The position numbers were made by a program, and so were the translations under genes. A stretch of 64,000 nucleotides of DNA from Candidatus Saccharimonadales bacterium (GTDB taxonomy: Bacteria; Patescibacteriota; Saccharimonadia; Saccharimonadales; EFPC-124), in assembly GCA_035457485.1 (NCBI GenBank), contig DATIBO010000006.1, positions 434,659 to 498,658 on the forward strand. Reading direction: 5' to 3'. Under the pieces are notes generated by a model. That model was not told where the DNA came from. It ran no database searches and saw only the letters and a program-made list of their open reading frames with translations. Positions 33,973-43,802 of this stretch are shown piece by piece. The stretch's first letter is position 1; each line of letters starts with the position of its first letter.

Positions 33973-35712
33973 ATGACAAAGCCAAAAGAAGACCAGCTAG
34001 AAGCTGAGAATAGTGTTGAAGTTGCCGAGCAAAAAGCCGAGGGACAAAAAACTACAGCCGATAAAAAACATAATAAATTCGTGGACTTTTTAAAGACCAA
34101 AAAAGGAATCACGGTTGTTTGCGTAGCCGCGCTATTGCTTGTTGTTAGTTTACTTTTTGCGATACCGGTTTCGCGTTATGCAATTTTAGGAAACTTTGTT
34201 AAAAAGCAGGTCGTTGTAAACGTCACGGATTCTTTAACGGGTAAACCTGTGAGTGAAGTTGAGGTTGCTGCTGGAAATTTAGCATCTAAGACCGACAGCG
34301 ACGGTAATGCGACGATTAGCAATGTCCCAGTTGGAAAATTACAGATAGTCGCAACTAAGAAATACTATAGTGAAGTAAAGCAAGATGTTGTTGTTGGTGT
34401 TTTCTCTGAAACAAAGATTGTTCTTAAAATGCAAGCAACAGGAAGACAGGTGCCCGTTAAAGTCATCAATAAAATTACGGGCAATCCTATCAGTGAAGCT
34501 GTTATAACTGCCGAAGAATCGTCGGCTAAGACAGACGATGCTGGTGAGGCAATCTTAGTAGTCGCAGCCGATAAAGAGGTTGTGCAAGGTGTAGTGTCCG
34601 CCGACAACTACAATCAAGCTGCTGTTACCGTAACGGTCACAGAGGAACCAAGCGATAAAAATATATTTGGTTTAGTTCCAAGCGGAAAAATCTATTTCTT
34701 GAGCAATCGCACTGGGACAATTAACGTGATGAAGTCTAACTTAGATGGAACTGACCCACAAGTTGTTGTACAGGGTACTGGTAAAGAAGATGGTGATACT
34801 GTCTCGCTGCTTGCTTCAAGAGATTGGAGATATCTAACCTTGCAGGCAAGACGCGATAGCGAAAAACCAAAGCTATACTTGATTGACACCTCAAACGATA
34901 AAATGACTGTGATGGATGAGGGTGACGCTTATTTTACGCCACACGGCTGGTCTGAACATCGTTTTATATACGACGTCACTAGAGGAAATGTAAATACCTG
35001 GGAAAATAAAAAGTTTGCGCTCAAGTCTTTTAATGCCGAAGACGGTGGCATTGCAACATTGGATGAGTCAGAAGCAAGGGGCGGTGAGCTGGATCCAAAC
35101 TTCCAGAACTTTAGTAAGGTTTATATTTTTGGCGACAACTTGACCTACATAAAAAGATGGACAAACTATTCGTACGACCCGCTAGCTAACTATATTTATT
35201 CGATTAAAAATGACGGTTCAAATAAAAAGGAAATTAAGAGTTTTACATCTAAATACGCGAACTTGGATGCCAAACTATACAAACCCAAAGAAGAGTATTT
35301 TAGGGTTGGTTTAGATAATGATCCTAAGCCGTATTTTTACGAGTACGAACAGCAAACAGGTGAATTTAAGGAAGCTGCAGACATTGATAACAACAAATTC
35401 TATGACTTTTACCCAACGTTCTTAGTTTCACCGTCGGGCAAATCTACCTTTTGGTATGAACCTCGAGACGGTAAAAATAGTTTGTTTGTAGGCGACGAGG
35501 ACGCTAAGGATAGCAAAGAAGTCGCCAGCTTAAGTGAACTAACTCCTTACGGATGGTTCTCGGATGAGTACCTCATTGCGTCTAAGAACGGTAGTGAGCT
35601 GTTCATAATTCCAAAAAGCAACCCAAACAACCTCCCTGCGTTAAAAATGACAGATTACTATAGAACGAACTACGGGTTTACGGGGTATGGTTACGGTTAC
35701 GGCGGATTTTAA
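33973..35712 (+). CDS. membrane-anchored extracytoplasmic protein with carboxypeptidase-regulatory-like repeats
   Basis: Charged N-terminus and one TM helix. Repeats of V.V.D..TG.P.S.A.V......KTD.DG.A. Gly/Tyr-rich C-terminus (GFTGYGYGYGGF). Confidence 0.5.
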   Translation: MTKPKEDQLEAENSVEVAEQKAEGQKTTADKKHNKFVDFLKTKKGITVVCVAALLLVVSLLFAIPVSRYAILGNFVKKQVVVNVTDSLTGKPVSEVEVAAGNLASKTDSDGNATISNVPVGKLQIVATKKYYSEVKQDVVVGVFSETKIVLKMQATGRQVPVKVINKITGNPISEAVITAEESSAKTDDAGEAILVVAADKEVVQGVVSADNYNQAAVTVTVTEEPSDKNIFGLVPSGKIYFLSNRTGTINVMKSNLDGTDPQVVVQGTGKEDGDTVSLLASRDWRYLTLQARRDSEKPKLYLIDTSNDKMTVMDEGDAYFTPHGWSEHRFIYDVTRGNVNTWENKKFALKSFNAEDGGIATLDESEARGGELDPNFQNFSKVYIFGDNLTYIKRWTNYSYDPLANYIYSIKNDGSNKKEIKSFTSKYANLDAKLYKPKEEYFRVGLDNDPKPYFYEYEQQTGEFKEAADIDNNKFYDFYPTFLVSPSGKSTFWYEPRDGKNSLFVGDEDAKDSKEVASLSELTPYGWFSDEYLIASKNGSELFIIPKSNPNNLPALKMTDYYRTNYGFTGYGYGYGGF

Positions 35713-36098
35713 TTCCGTCCGTTAGCTTTGTCTTCTAGCTCGTGAATTCGCTTGTGTCCGAGGCCAAAGTGGTGTGCAATTTCGTGCCACAAAGTGTGTT
35801 TAGCTTTGGCCTTCAGGTCTGCAATGTCGTGACTACTACCTATTAACGGATTCTTAAAAATTGTAATTTTATCTGGTAAAACCAAATTATAGCCCATGCC
35901 ACGTTTGGTTAAGGGGATTCCTTGGTAGAGTCCATACAAAGTTTCGTTACAATGTAGTTTTAGTTCAATGCGTTGATCTTCTGTTGGCTCATCTTCGTAA
36001 ACTATCGCGACGTTGCTCAAATTACTTATGTATTTGCCTGGAAGTTCATCTAACGCATCTGTTACAATTTGCTCAAATTCTTGATCGGATATATTCAT
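35709..36098 (-). CDS. zincin-like metallopeptidase family protein (DUF1025-type)
   Basis: HEIAHHFG zinc motif near the C-terminus. Confidence 0.7.
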   Translation of the reverse strand: MNISDQEFEQIVTDALDELPGKYISNLSNVAIVYEDEPTEDQRIELKLHCNETLYGLYQGIPLTKRGMGYNLVLPDKITIFKNPLIGSSHDIADLKAKAKHTLWHEIAHHFGLGHKRIHELEDKANGRN

Positions 36099-36267
36099 AT
36101 GCTAATTCTACATTAAAAAATAGCTTAATCATGATTAGTATGCTAAAATGCGAATGCTAGTAGACGCGCTGCTTTTGTCCCTAGAAATTTAAAAAAGTAA
36201 TTCGTATACCTGAGGAGCAGCGGCTGGTTTGCCAGTTAATCCTCACGAGTAACGAGAGGAGTTAATA

Positions 36268-36615
36268 ATGGCAACTAAGTTATTCGTTGGTTCACTTCCA
36301 TACAGTGTGAACGACCAACAGCTTCAAGATATTTTTGCTGAAGCAGGTACAGTTGTATCTGCAAAAGTAATCATTGATCGCGACAGCAATCGTTCAAAAG
36401 GCTTCGGCTTTGTAGAAATGGGAAGCGAAGAAGAAACTAAAAAAGCTATCGAAATGTTCAACAACAAAGAAGTTGAAGGACGCACAATCACTGTTAACGA
36501 AGCTCGTCCACAAGAACCACGTGGTCCACGTGGTAACGGTGGCGGTGGCTACAACAACAACCGTTCTGATCGTTACGACCGCAACCGTGGCGACAACAAC
36601 AGCAACCGTTGGTAG
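36268..36615 (+). CDS. RRM-type RNA-binding protein with Gly/Asn/Arg-rich tail
   Basis: RNP2 KLFVGSL and RNP1 KGFGFVEM. Confidence 0.9.
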   Translation: MATKLFVGSLPYSVNDQQLQDIFAEAGTVVSAKVIIDRDSNRSKGFGFVEMGSEEETKKAIEMFNNKEVEGRTITVNEARPQEPRGPRGNGGGGYNNNRSDRYDRNRGDNNSNRW

Positions 36616-36633
36616 TCTAAAAACAATAAAAAA

Positions 36634-36658
36634 CTCGTCAAACCTTGGCGAGTTTTTT
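36634..36658 (+). terminator. rho-independent terminator
   Basis: CTCGTCAA-acc-TTGGCGAG followed by TTTTTT. Confidence 0.7.
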
Positions 36659-36702
36659 ATTTTGTTAGCAAAAGCAGTATAATACATGCAAAAGGGGGAT
36701 GC

Positions 36703-37848
36703 ATGGGTAAAAAGTTGATCTTATTTTTTATAGCGGTGTTTGGTGGGACGCTCGCATTTGCAGGCAGTGCGAACGCAGCGACGTTTTTGGGCCAAGATGC
36801 GCCAACAATTGGCCAGGATCAAGTCGTAGACGGCTCTTTGTATATTGCCGGCAATACGGTAACGGTGGCGGGCACTGTAAAGGGCGATCTATTTTGTGGT
36901 GGTCAATCGGTGGAAATCAGTGGAATGGTTGAGGGCGATGTGATTTGTTCTGGCCAAACAGTAAATGTAACCGGAACTGTGACGGGTGACGTTAGAGTTG
37001 CTGCTCAAATGTTTTCGCTTGGCGCTTCAGTTGATAAAAGCGTGACTGTGTTTGGTCAAACTGTAAATTTCAATCAGGGTTCGTTTATTGGGTTTGACGC
37101 AACGGTTTTTGCTGAAACATTAAACGCAAACGGGCAGATTAGTAGAGATTTAGTAGCAAATGCCGGAACTTTAAATATTTCTGGGGTAGTCTCTAGGTTA
37201 GTTCAGGCTAATGTGAACAACTTAAATATCGCAAATGATTCAATAGTGGGTGACGTCGATTACACAAGCAGTCGCGAAGCAGAAGTCGCCGATGGCGCTA
37301 CGGTAGCGTCTTTAGAAAGAACTGTAGTTACACCTACGGAAGTCGAGCCCAGCAATCCAGTCTTAATGTTGATCTCGGGAATGGCTTACTGGTTTGTTGC
37401 GATGTTACTAATCGGTGCGGCAATCTTAATTGTTAAGCCGGGCATTTTGCCAAGCGCTAGTGATTCTATCAAAGCCAACCCTGGGGCCGCGATCGGATGG
37501 GGTGCTTTGTTCCTGTTTGCTACTCCAATAATTTCATTGCTCTTGGCTATAACGATAGTCGGCATTCCCCTCGCGTTTTTGATTTTGCTCGCGTGGTTCA
37601 TTGTTTTAATTGTATCCCAGCCTATTGCAGCCTACTTTGTTGGCAACTGGATCATGGCAAAGACGAACGTAAAATGGGGTGAAATATGGACTCGCATGGC
37701 CTCGCTTGCGCTTGGTCTGCTAATTATAGTGGTTTTGACTGCTATTCCTTTTGTAGGCTGGCTATTTGCTTTAACGGCTACTGCACTAGGGGCTGGCAGT
37801 TTAAAGTATAGTAAAATGCAATCTAAAAAAGTAAAGGGCAATGTATGA
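36703..37848 (+). CDS. membrane protein with bactofilin-like (polymer-forming cytoskeletal) repeats
   Basis: Signal peptide, repeated G.V.GDL/V....V.I.G motif, and a C-terminal multi-TM region. Confidence 0.5.
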   Translation: MGKKLILFFIAVFGGTLAFAGSANAATFLGQDAPTIGQDQVVDGSLYIAGNTVTVAGTVKGDLFCGGQSVEISGMVEGDVICSGQTVNVTGTVTGDVRVAAQMFSLGASVDKSVTVFGQTVNFNQGSFIGFDATVFAETLNANGQISRDLVANAGTLNISGVVSRLVQANVNNLNIANDSIVGDVDYTSSREAEVADGATVASLERTVVTPTEVEPSNPVLMLISGMAYWFVAMLLIGAAILIVKPGILPSASDSIKANPGAAIGWGALFLFATPIISLLLAITIVGIPLAFLILLAWFIVLIVSQPIAAYFVGNWIMAKTNVKWGEIWTRMASLALGLLIIVVLTAIPFVGWLFALTATALGAGSLKYSKMQSKKVKGNV

Positions 37849-38291
37849 ACACAAAAGCAATGTTTGCAATTGTTGCAGGTGTAGTTTTGGTTGGTGGCGC
37901 TGCGGCCTGGTTTGTCTTGAGACCTAATATGCAGGCGAGTAACACTAGCCCTGAGCCCGAACATGCCGCTCAAAATACAACCGAGTCACCAAAAACACCA
38001 AGTGTAAATATGACCGAAGCAGCACAAGTAGAAGTTTCGATAAAAGATTTTAAATACACCCCATCTAACATCACTGTTAAAAAAGGCACCACTGTTATTT
38101 GGACTAACGAAGACAGCAATGAACATAATGTAGTTTCCAATATCGATGCGCCTGCTGGTGGCCCGCCAAAAGACGGTCCACTGCTAGGGCGTCGCCAACA
38201 ATTTACTTTTACCTATGACACTGTCGGAACTTTTGGTTACCATTGCTCGCTACATCCGTTTATGACTGGCCAGGTTACTGTAGTCGAATAA
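37845..38291 (+). CDS. amicyanin-like cupredoxin (type 1 copper) protein
   Basis: N-terminal TM/signal segment. Copper ligands NEHNV and YHCSLHPFMTGQVTVVE (C-x2-H-x2-M as in amicyanin). Confidence 0.8.
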   Translation: MNTKAMFAIVAGVVLVGGAAAWFVLRPNMQASNTSPEPEHAAQNTTESPKTPSVNMTEAAQVEVSIKDFKYTPSNITVKKGTTVIWTNEDSNEHNVVSNIDAPAGGPPKDGPLLGRRQQFTFTYDTVGTFGYHCSLHPFMTGQVTVVE

Positions 38292-38292
38292 A

Positions 38293-39651
38293 ATGGAACG
38301 CAATACTGAGCTAAAAATCGAAAAAATGATTTTGTGGGGTTTGTGGTTTGCAAACCTAGCTATAATATTTGGGTTTTGGTTTTATAGCTCAGGCCAATTC
38401 TTATTCAATGGCTGGAGCGAATTGCTACTAGGTTTAGGTAGACTAGCGGGCCTGCTGGCGACATTTTGTGTTCTAATGCAATTTGTTGCCATGGGCAGGT
38501 TGGGGTGGCTTGAACCGATATTTGGAATGGACCGACTTGCGATTTTCCATAGGCGTAACGGGATTGCAGTTTTAATTTTGATCCTATTGCACCCGCCGCT
38601 TATTAGCCTGGGGTACATGCAAATTACTGGTTTTACAATGCTACAGCAGATATCGTATACGTTGCTTAATACTCCGTTCGTTGCTTTTGCGGCACTTGGC
38701 TTGCTTTTACTTTTGCTAACAATTTGTTCGTCGATTTACATTGCACGCAAACATCTAAAGTTTGAAACATGGTACTTTGTTCACTTGGCAAACTACTTAG
38801 CAATCCTTCTAATTTTTGGTCATCAATTTGCAAATGGATCCACGTTATTAGGTAATCCTTGGTTTAAATATTACTGGATCGGCCTTTACGTGTTTACTGC
38901 GTTAAATTTGATTGTTTGGAGGTTTTTGAAACCGGTTTATAAATTCTTCTACCACGATTTTAAAGTGCAACAAGTAGTCGCCGAAACTCCAACTGCTACG
39001 TCGGTTTATATTTCTGGTAAAAATATGCAAAATTTTAAGGCTGAAGGCGGCCAATTTGTATTAGTTAGGTTTTTAACCAAAGAGTTAGGCCTGCAAGAGC
39101 ATCCATTTTCACTGTCAATGATCCCGGATAGAGAGCGTCTACGGCTTACTATTAGGCAGCTTGGAGATTTTACAAACCAGGTTCCTGGCCTAAAGCCGGG
39201 CACTCCAGTTGTAGTTAGTGGCCCGTTCGGCTCCTTTACACAAGATCGACAAATAACAGATAAGGTTTTGTTTATCGCAGGTGGAATTGGCATAACCCCA
39301 ATTCGTTCGTTAATTGAAGAGCGCGTTAAAAACAACCAAAAACAAGATGCAGTTTTGGTTTATGCTAGTCGTAATCTAAAAGAAATTGCCCTTAAGACTG
39401 AAATTGAACACTTATGCAGCCAGGCCAAAATTAAATTAATAAATGTTTTGAGCGAAGAACCGACCTACAACGGTGAAAAAGGATATGTTGATGCGGCAAT
39501 CTTAGAAAGACTGGTGCCCGATATAAAGTCGCGTGATGTTTTTATTTGTGGCCCTCCTGTTATGGTAGATAAAATCTATCCTGCACTAGAGCAGCTTCGG
39601 GTTCCAAAACAGCTAATTCATGCCGAACGCTTTTCGCTTCATAAGCAATAA
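38293..39651 (+). CDS. NOX-like ferric reductase: transmembrane bis-heme domain fused to an FAD/NAD(P)H-binding domain
   Basis: His pairs FHRRNGIAVLILILLH (14 apart) and VHLANYLAILLIFGH (13 apart). HPFSLS FAD motif and GGIGITP NAD(P)H motif. Confidence 0.8.
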   Translation: MERNTELKIEKMILWGLWFANLAIIFGFWFYSSGQFLFNGWSELLLGLGRLAGLLATFCVLMQFVAMGRLGWLEPIFGMDRLAIFHRRNGIAVLILILLHPPLISLGYMQITGFTMLQQISYTLLNTPFVAFAALGLLLLLLTICSSIYIARKHLKFETWYFVHLANYLAILLIFGHQFANGSTLLGNPWFKYYWIGLYVFTALNLIVWRFLKPVYKFFYHDFKVQQVVAETPTATSVYISGKNMQNFKAEGGQFVLVRFLTKELGLQEHPFSLSMIPDRERLRLTIRQLGDFTNQVPGLKPGTPVVVSGPFGSFTQDRQITDKVLFIAGGIGITPIRSLIEERVKNNQKQDAVLVYASRNLKEIALKTEIEHLCSQAKIKLINVLSEEPTYNGEKGYVDAAILERLVPDIKSRDVFICGPPVMVDKIYPALEQLRVPKQLIHAERFSLHKQ

Positions 39652-39678
39652 GGTAAAATCAGAGTAAGCTTAATTATT

Positions 39679-40575
39679 ATGCAGAATCATCAGTTTTCAC
39701 AAGTAGGAATCGTAGGCGCAGGCGAACTAGGGCAAGCGCTTGGTGGGGCACTTAGCCGTGCAAATGTCCAGGTAATTTATTATGATATTTTGCCAGCCAA
39801 AACGACGACCACAAATATAGAAGACCTCGTTAGGGCCTGTGAGGTTATAATTTTGTGTGTGCCATCTTGGTCAATCAGCGACGTTTGCAAAACTATCAGC
39901 AAAGCAGCCATCCCTAACGAAAAACGACTGGTAATAAGTTGTTCAAAGGGGGCACTGCCTGGATTTGAAACTGTTGATAAAGTGTTGGTCGATCGTTTGC
40001 CCGATCACTATGCGTCTGGTTTGCTTTTTGGACCGATGAGCGCATCCGAAATTGCTCAGGGCAAAATAGGAGAAGGAATCGTCAGCCTAACGGATATGTC
40101 TTATTACTCAGCCTTACGAGAAATGTTTGCTTTGGCAAATATTTATGTGGAGGCCAGCGCTGATCTTAGGGGTGTGGCTGTGGGTGGAGCTCTTAAGAAT
40201 ATCTACGCTATGGCGGTCGGCATGTCGGATGGCCTACGGCTGGGCTCTAATGCTAAGAGTCGTCTGATTGTCCTCATAATCGCAGAAATGCGACGTCTGA
40301 TAGCGGAGTTGGGTGGAAATCCTGCAACTGCTGAGGGTTCGGCTGGGCTAGGAGATTTGGTGTGTGCGACAGTTACTAGCGAATCTTTTAACTACAGAGT
40401 CGGTAAGAGTCTGGCCGAGGGGATCGTGGATCCGCACGTTAAAAGTGAGGGAGTTGTTGCTCTGCATGAGCTTAGTCGTAAAATAAAGCTAGCGGATTAC
40501 CCAATCGTAAACACTTTAAATCAAATAGCTTTTCACTATGCAAAGCCGCAAAAATTTATGGAAATCCTGCACTAA
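39679..40575 (+). CDS. gpsA: NAD(P)H-dependent glycerol-3-phosphate dehydrogenase-like
   Basis: IVGAGELGQALG dinucleotide motif and GGALKNIYAMAVGMSDGL. Confidence 0.7.
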   Translation: MQNHQFSQVGIVGAGELGQALGGALSRANVQVIYYDILPAKTTTTNIEDLVRACEVIILCVPSWSISDVCKTISKAAIPNEKRLVISCSKGALPGFETVDKVLVDRLPDHYASGLLFGPMSASEIAQGKIGEGIVSLTDMSYYSALREMFALANIYVEASADLRGVAVGGALKNIYAMAVGMSDGLRLGSNAKSRLIVLIIAEMRRLIAELGGNPATAEGSAGLGDLVCATVTSESFNYRVGKSLAEGIVDPHVKSEGVVALHELSRKIKLADYPIVNTLNQIAFHYAKPQKFMEILH

Positions 40576-40928
40576 TTTTGGTCGATCTGCACAACTTCAA
40601 TGATTCCTGAAATATCATAGACTTCACTGGTCTCTGGCTTTAGGATACCCTGTACTCTTACCTGATCACTAGTTGTATAAGTGGTCGCGTCATAGTTGCG
40701 CAGGCCATAGTAACGACCGTCATCTGCTAATAAACCGAAGGCACATTCAAGTGTAGTTGGCCCGCCTGAGTTTTTGTGCGGCAGACAGACAATTTCACCA
40801 TTTATAGAGATTGAGGATTGCGGTTCAGGCTTATTAAAGCCTGTAACATTAATAAGCGCGATTATCGCAATGAGCGTTGCGCTTAATAATATAAGTACAC
40901 CTATAACATGTTTCCGCATTCCCCTCAT
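40572..40928 (-). CDS. hypothetical secreted/anchored small protein
   Basis: 118 aa with an N-terminal TM helix. Confidence 0.45.
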   Translation of the reverse strand: MRGMRKHVIGVLILLSATLIAIIALINVTGFNKPEPQSSISINGEIVCLPHKNSGGPTTLECAFGLLADDGRYYGLRNYDATTYTTSDQVRVQGILKPETSEVYDISGIIEVVQIDQN

Positions 40929-40951
40929 GCTTTTAGCTTAGCACACTTTAG

Positions 40952-41386
40952 TTAGGCTGAAAACATTCCTGTCAGCGTCGAACTATCTAAAATATGATTC
41001 TCGATAGCCTTCTTTAGTTCTGGCTCGCCGGCATCGCTTGTAAGGGAAATGTTAGAATCAAGCGCGAACAAATTAAAGACATAGCGATGGGTGCCGTTGC
41101 GCGGGCAGGGTCCACCATAACCCACATTTCCAAAGTCATTTCTTCCTTGAGTTGCATTCTTAGGAGTACTGCCTTCTAAGATCGTAGAATCAGTTGGGAT
41201 GTTCCAGATGACCCAGTGTATAAAATTGCCACTTGGTGAGTCGGGATCGTTAACAATCAGCGCCAAGCTTTTAGCCTGTGGTGGAACGTTTAAAAAGGTA
41301 AGTGGCGGGTTAATATTTTGGCCTTTGCAGGTGTAAATCGATGGAATTTGTTGAGTGTTGTTAAATTTTGAACTATTTATTTGCAT
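40952..41386 (-). CDS. YbhB/YbcL (PEBP/Raf-kinase-inhibitor-like) family protein
   Basis: DPDSPSG...HWVIWNIP and GGPCPRNGTHRYVFNLFALD motifs. Confidence 0.85.
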   Translation of the reverse strand: MQINSSKFNNTQQIPSIYTCKGQNINPPLTFLNVPPQAKSLALIVNDPDSPSGNFIHWVIWNIPTDSTILEGSTPKNATQGRNDFGNVGYGGPCPRNGTHRYVFNLFALDSNISLTSDAGEPELKKAIENHILDSSTLTGMFSA

Positions 41387-41466
41387 ATTTAGCCTCCATT
41401 TAGTATTGTATCTGACTACTAGGTAAATATAAGAGTTAATAGGAGACCTCTAGGTTAAGGTTGCGT

Positions 41467-41907
41467 ATGAAATTTACAGACATCCCTACATATCGTGCTG
41501 CTGTTGCACAATCTCGCGCACAACGTGCACTTAAAATTAAAGTTTCGGAACTTTTAAAGACCCACGGCATTACAATGATGCAATGGTCGATTATTGGTTT
41601 GGTTTTTGAAGCAGGTGATACGGGTATGCGTATTTCTGACTTGGCAAAAGAATTAAATACTTCTATGGCTTTCATTACTACTATCGTAAATATTCTTGAA
41701 GCTAAGTCGGTAGTTCAAAAAACTAGCCACGAGCGCGACAGCCGTGCTAAAGTTGTGCGCTTGAGCGACAGCTTTAAACCAAAGGTTAAAGAGATCGAGA
41801 GTCAAATGCACTCTCAACTTGACGCTTGGCTAAATACCCGAGCCGACAAAACTGAAATCGGCACATATTTCGCGGTTCTTACACGCCTAGCCGAAAACAA
41901 AGCCTAA
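41467..41907 (+). CDS. MarR family transcriptional regulator
   Basis: ITMMQWSIIGLVFEAGDTGMRISDLAKELNTSMAFITTIVNILEAKSVV winged helix. ATG at 41467 preferred over TTG at 41461. Confidence 0.8.
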   Translation: MKFTDIPTYRAAVAQSRAQRALKIKVSELLKTHGITMMQWSIIGLVFEAGDTGMRISDLAKELNTSMAFITTIVNILEAKSVVQKTSHERDSRAKVVRLSDSFKPKVKEIESQMHSQLDAWLNTRADKTEIGTYFAVLTRLAENKA

Positions 41908-41930
41908 CTACTTTGCAAAAAGCGCTCATT

Positions 41931-42782
41931 TTACGGGCGTTTTTTTGTACTTTTAATTTGACACAAGGTCACGTAACCGTCGGCAATTATCTTCTCGCGG
42001 AAACCTTGATAGCGAGTATGCAGTGGCTTGCTAGCTTTGATTCCAATAGAATCTTCAAGTACCTTCGCATCCTTTAGAGTACCTACCAAGAAATCACGTT
42101 CTACATCAGTGTTGCCTTCTTGCTTATGAACAATTTGTAAATTGTAACGATTTATATTCACGCCTGTTTCAAGGCTCGCCGCGCCAATCCAAATTTGCTG
42201 TTTATTACCATTAAAACGGCTTATTAAACTATGCCAAAAACCATGGTGCTCGTGCTCGTCCTCTAGGATCGTGGTACCCAACCTCCAAAACCTAACATGG
42301 TGCCGCTTGCTTGGATTGCCGTCGATTTCTATTTGAAAGCATAAATTTTGCTTACGACCGAACGCGTAAGTATTAGAGAACGGTGCAGTGGGGTAGGATT
42401 TTTTAAAAACAACTGCTCTGATCATTTTAAGCGAGCTTTGTAAATTAAGAGGATCGGCCTGTGCCCAGCCAGCTTTAGTCATAGCCGAAACAAAGGCATT
42501 TTCGTTTTGTGCGAGCACAACAAGGTTCACGGGATCAAGTGCCCAGCCATCAGAAGAATGAGTCCTGGTAGGGACGTGAGTTGGTTTATAAAGAATTTGT
42601 GAAAACCGGTGAAGCGCTGGTAAACCAAAATATGCGACCAAGCAATATGTAATTAAAATCGCGATTGCTAGCGGCATCCAGTTGTCTAGGAGTGGAAAAA
42701 CTGTAAAAACCGTGAGCCAAGCTAAAAAAATACCGAGTACAAGAACTAAAAGCCGCTTAAGTAGCAAGATCATTAGGTACAT
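41931..42782 (-). CDS. LssY C-terminal domain-like membrane protein
   Basis: Two N-terminal TM helices, HHVRFWR motif, divergent from a PAP2 gene (a common pairing). Start moved to M42 of the track ORF. Confidence 0.5.
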   Translation of the reverse strand: MYLMILLLKRLLVLVLGIFLAWLTVFTVFPLLDNWMPLAIAILITYCLVAYFGLPALHRFSQILYKPTHVPTRTHSSDGWALDPVNLVVLAQNENAFVSAMTKAGWAQADPLNLQSSLKMIRAVVFKKSYPTAPFSNTYAFGRKQNLCFQIEIDGNPSKRHHVRFWRLGTTILEDEHEHHGFWHSLISRFNGNKQQIWIGAASLETGVNINRYNLQIVHKQEGNTDVERDFLVGTLKDAKVLEDSIGIKASKPLHTRYQGFREKIIADGYVTLCQIKSTKKRP

Positions 42783-42801
42783 ATTATAACGTTTTTGGTG
42801 T

Positions 42802-43284
42802 ATGATTATAAAGATTATGGATATTTTTATTACTTTTATCGCAGATTGGTTAGTTTTCCCTGTTGTTCTAATTGGGGGCATTGCATTACTAATGATTAAA
42901 CCCACGGATCGTCGATATCAGATGATTGGCAAGGGCGTGATGGCAGGGCTTTTGGCGTTGTTGTTTGCTAAGATCGGTAGCTTGTTTTATCAGGGTGAGA
43001 GGCCTTTTTTGTCGGCGGGTGAGGTGCCGAAAGCTGCGTACTTGAACAATCCAGGTTTCCCGTCTGATCACACGCTTTTTGTTTTTGCTATAACCTTTAT
43101 TGTCTGGGCGACCACCAAGAATAAACCATTATCCATCGCATTGCTTATCATGAGTAGCTTAGTTGCGTTAGGCCGAATTTTAGCTTTGGTTCACACTCCT
43201 ATTGATGTTGCCGGCGGAATAACTTTTGCATTTTTGGCAGTTTGGGCTGTTTTTGGCAATAGCTTTTTCAGCACCAAAAAATGA
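42802..43284 (+). CDS. PAP2 family phosphatase
   Basis: PSDHT and GRILALVHTPIDVAGG acid-phosphatase motifs. Confidence 0.8.
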   Translation: MIIKIMDIFITFIADWLVFPVVLIGGIALLMIKPTDRRYQMIGKGVMAGLLALLFAKIGSLFYQGERPFLSAGEVPKAAYLNNPGFPSDHTLFVFAITFIVWATTKNKPLSIALLIMSSLVALGRILALVHTPIDVAGGITFAFLAVWAVFGNSFFSTKK

Positions 43285-43316
43285 TATAATTTACTCGTAA
43301 GTACAAGGAGGGCATA

Positions 43317-43802
43317 ATGGCGAGCGACGACTTACCTGTGTTTTATAAGGCCGAAAAATCTGAAATTATTAAAATCGTAAGTCTGGCTGCTGCGGTCGGC
43401 CTGCTGATACCTTTACTTAGTGAAGTTATAAGTGTTTGGGTGATTGCGCCAATATTTTGCCAGAATCCTAACGATATTTCAATCTGTACTAACGGCGGAA
43501 TGATTAGTTACTATATTTCTGCCGTGATCATTAACATTGCTGCAGTAAGCCTGCTAATCAACATTGATGTCAACAAGCCCCTTGTAATCGTTTTTGGGTC
43601 CTTGCTTGCCTTGTGGGGATTAAAAGGCTTCCTTACGCCCCTAATGAGTGGTAGCTTCGTGGAGTATTTGATCATTTCGGTTGTACTTTACGTTCTTTGC
43701 TACGTAGCGTTTTATTGGTTCATGAGAATTCGTAGCTTTGGCTTGGCTATGTTTTTTGCCGCAGTAACTGTAATGGCTGTAAGGTGGATCTTGTTAGTAT
43801 GA
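43317..43802 (+). CDS. hypothetical membrane protein
   Basis: 161-aa hydrophobic ORF. Confidence 0.45.
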   Translation: MASDDLPVFYKAEKSEIIKIVSLAAAVGLLIPLLSEVISVWVIAPIFCQNPNDISICTNGGMISYYISAVIINIAAVSLLINIDVNKPLVIVFGSLLALWGLKGFLTPLMSGSFVEYLIISVVLYVLCYVAFYWFMRIRSFGLAMFFAAVTVMAVRWILLV

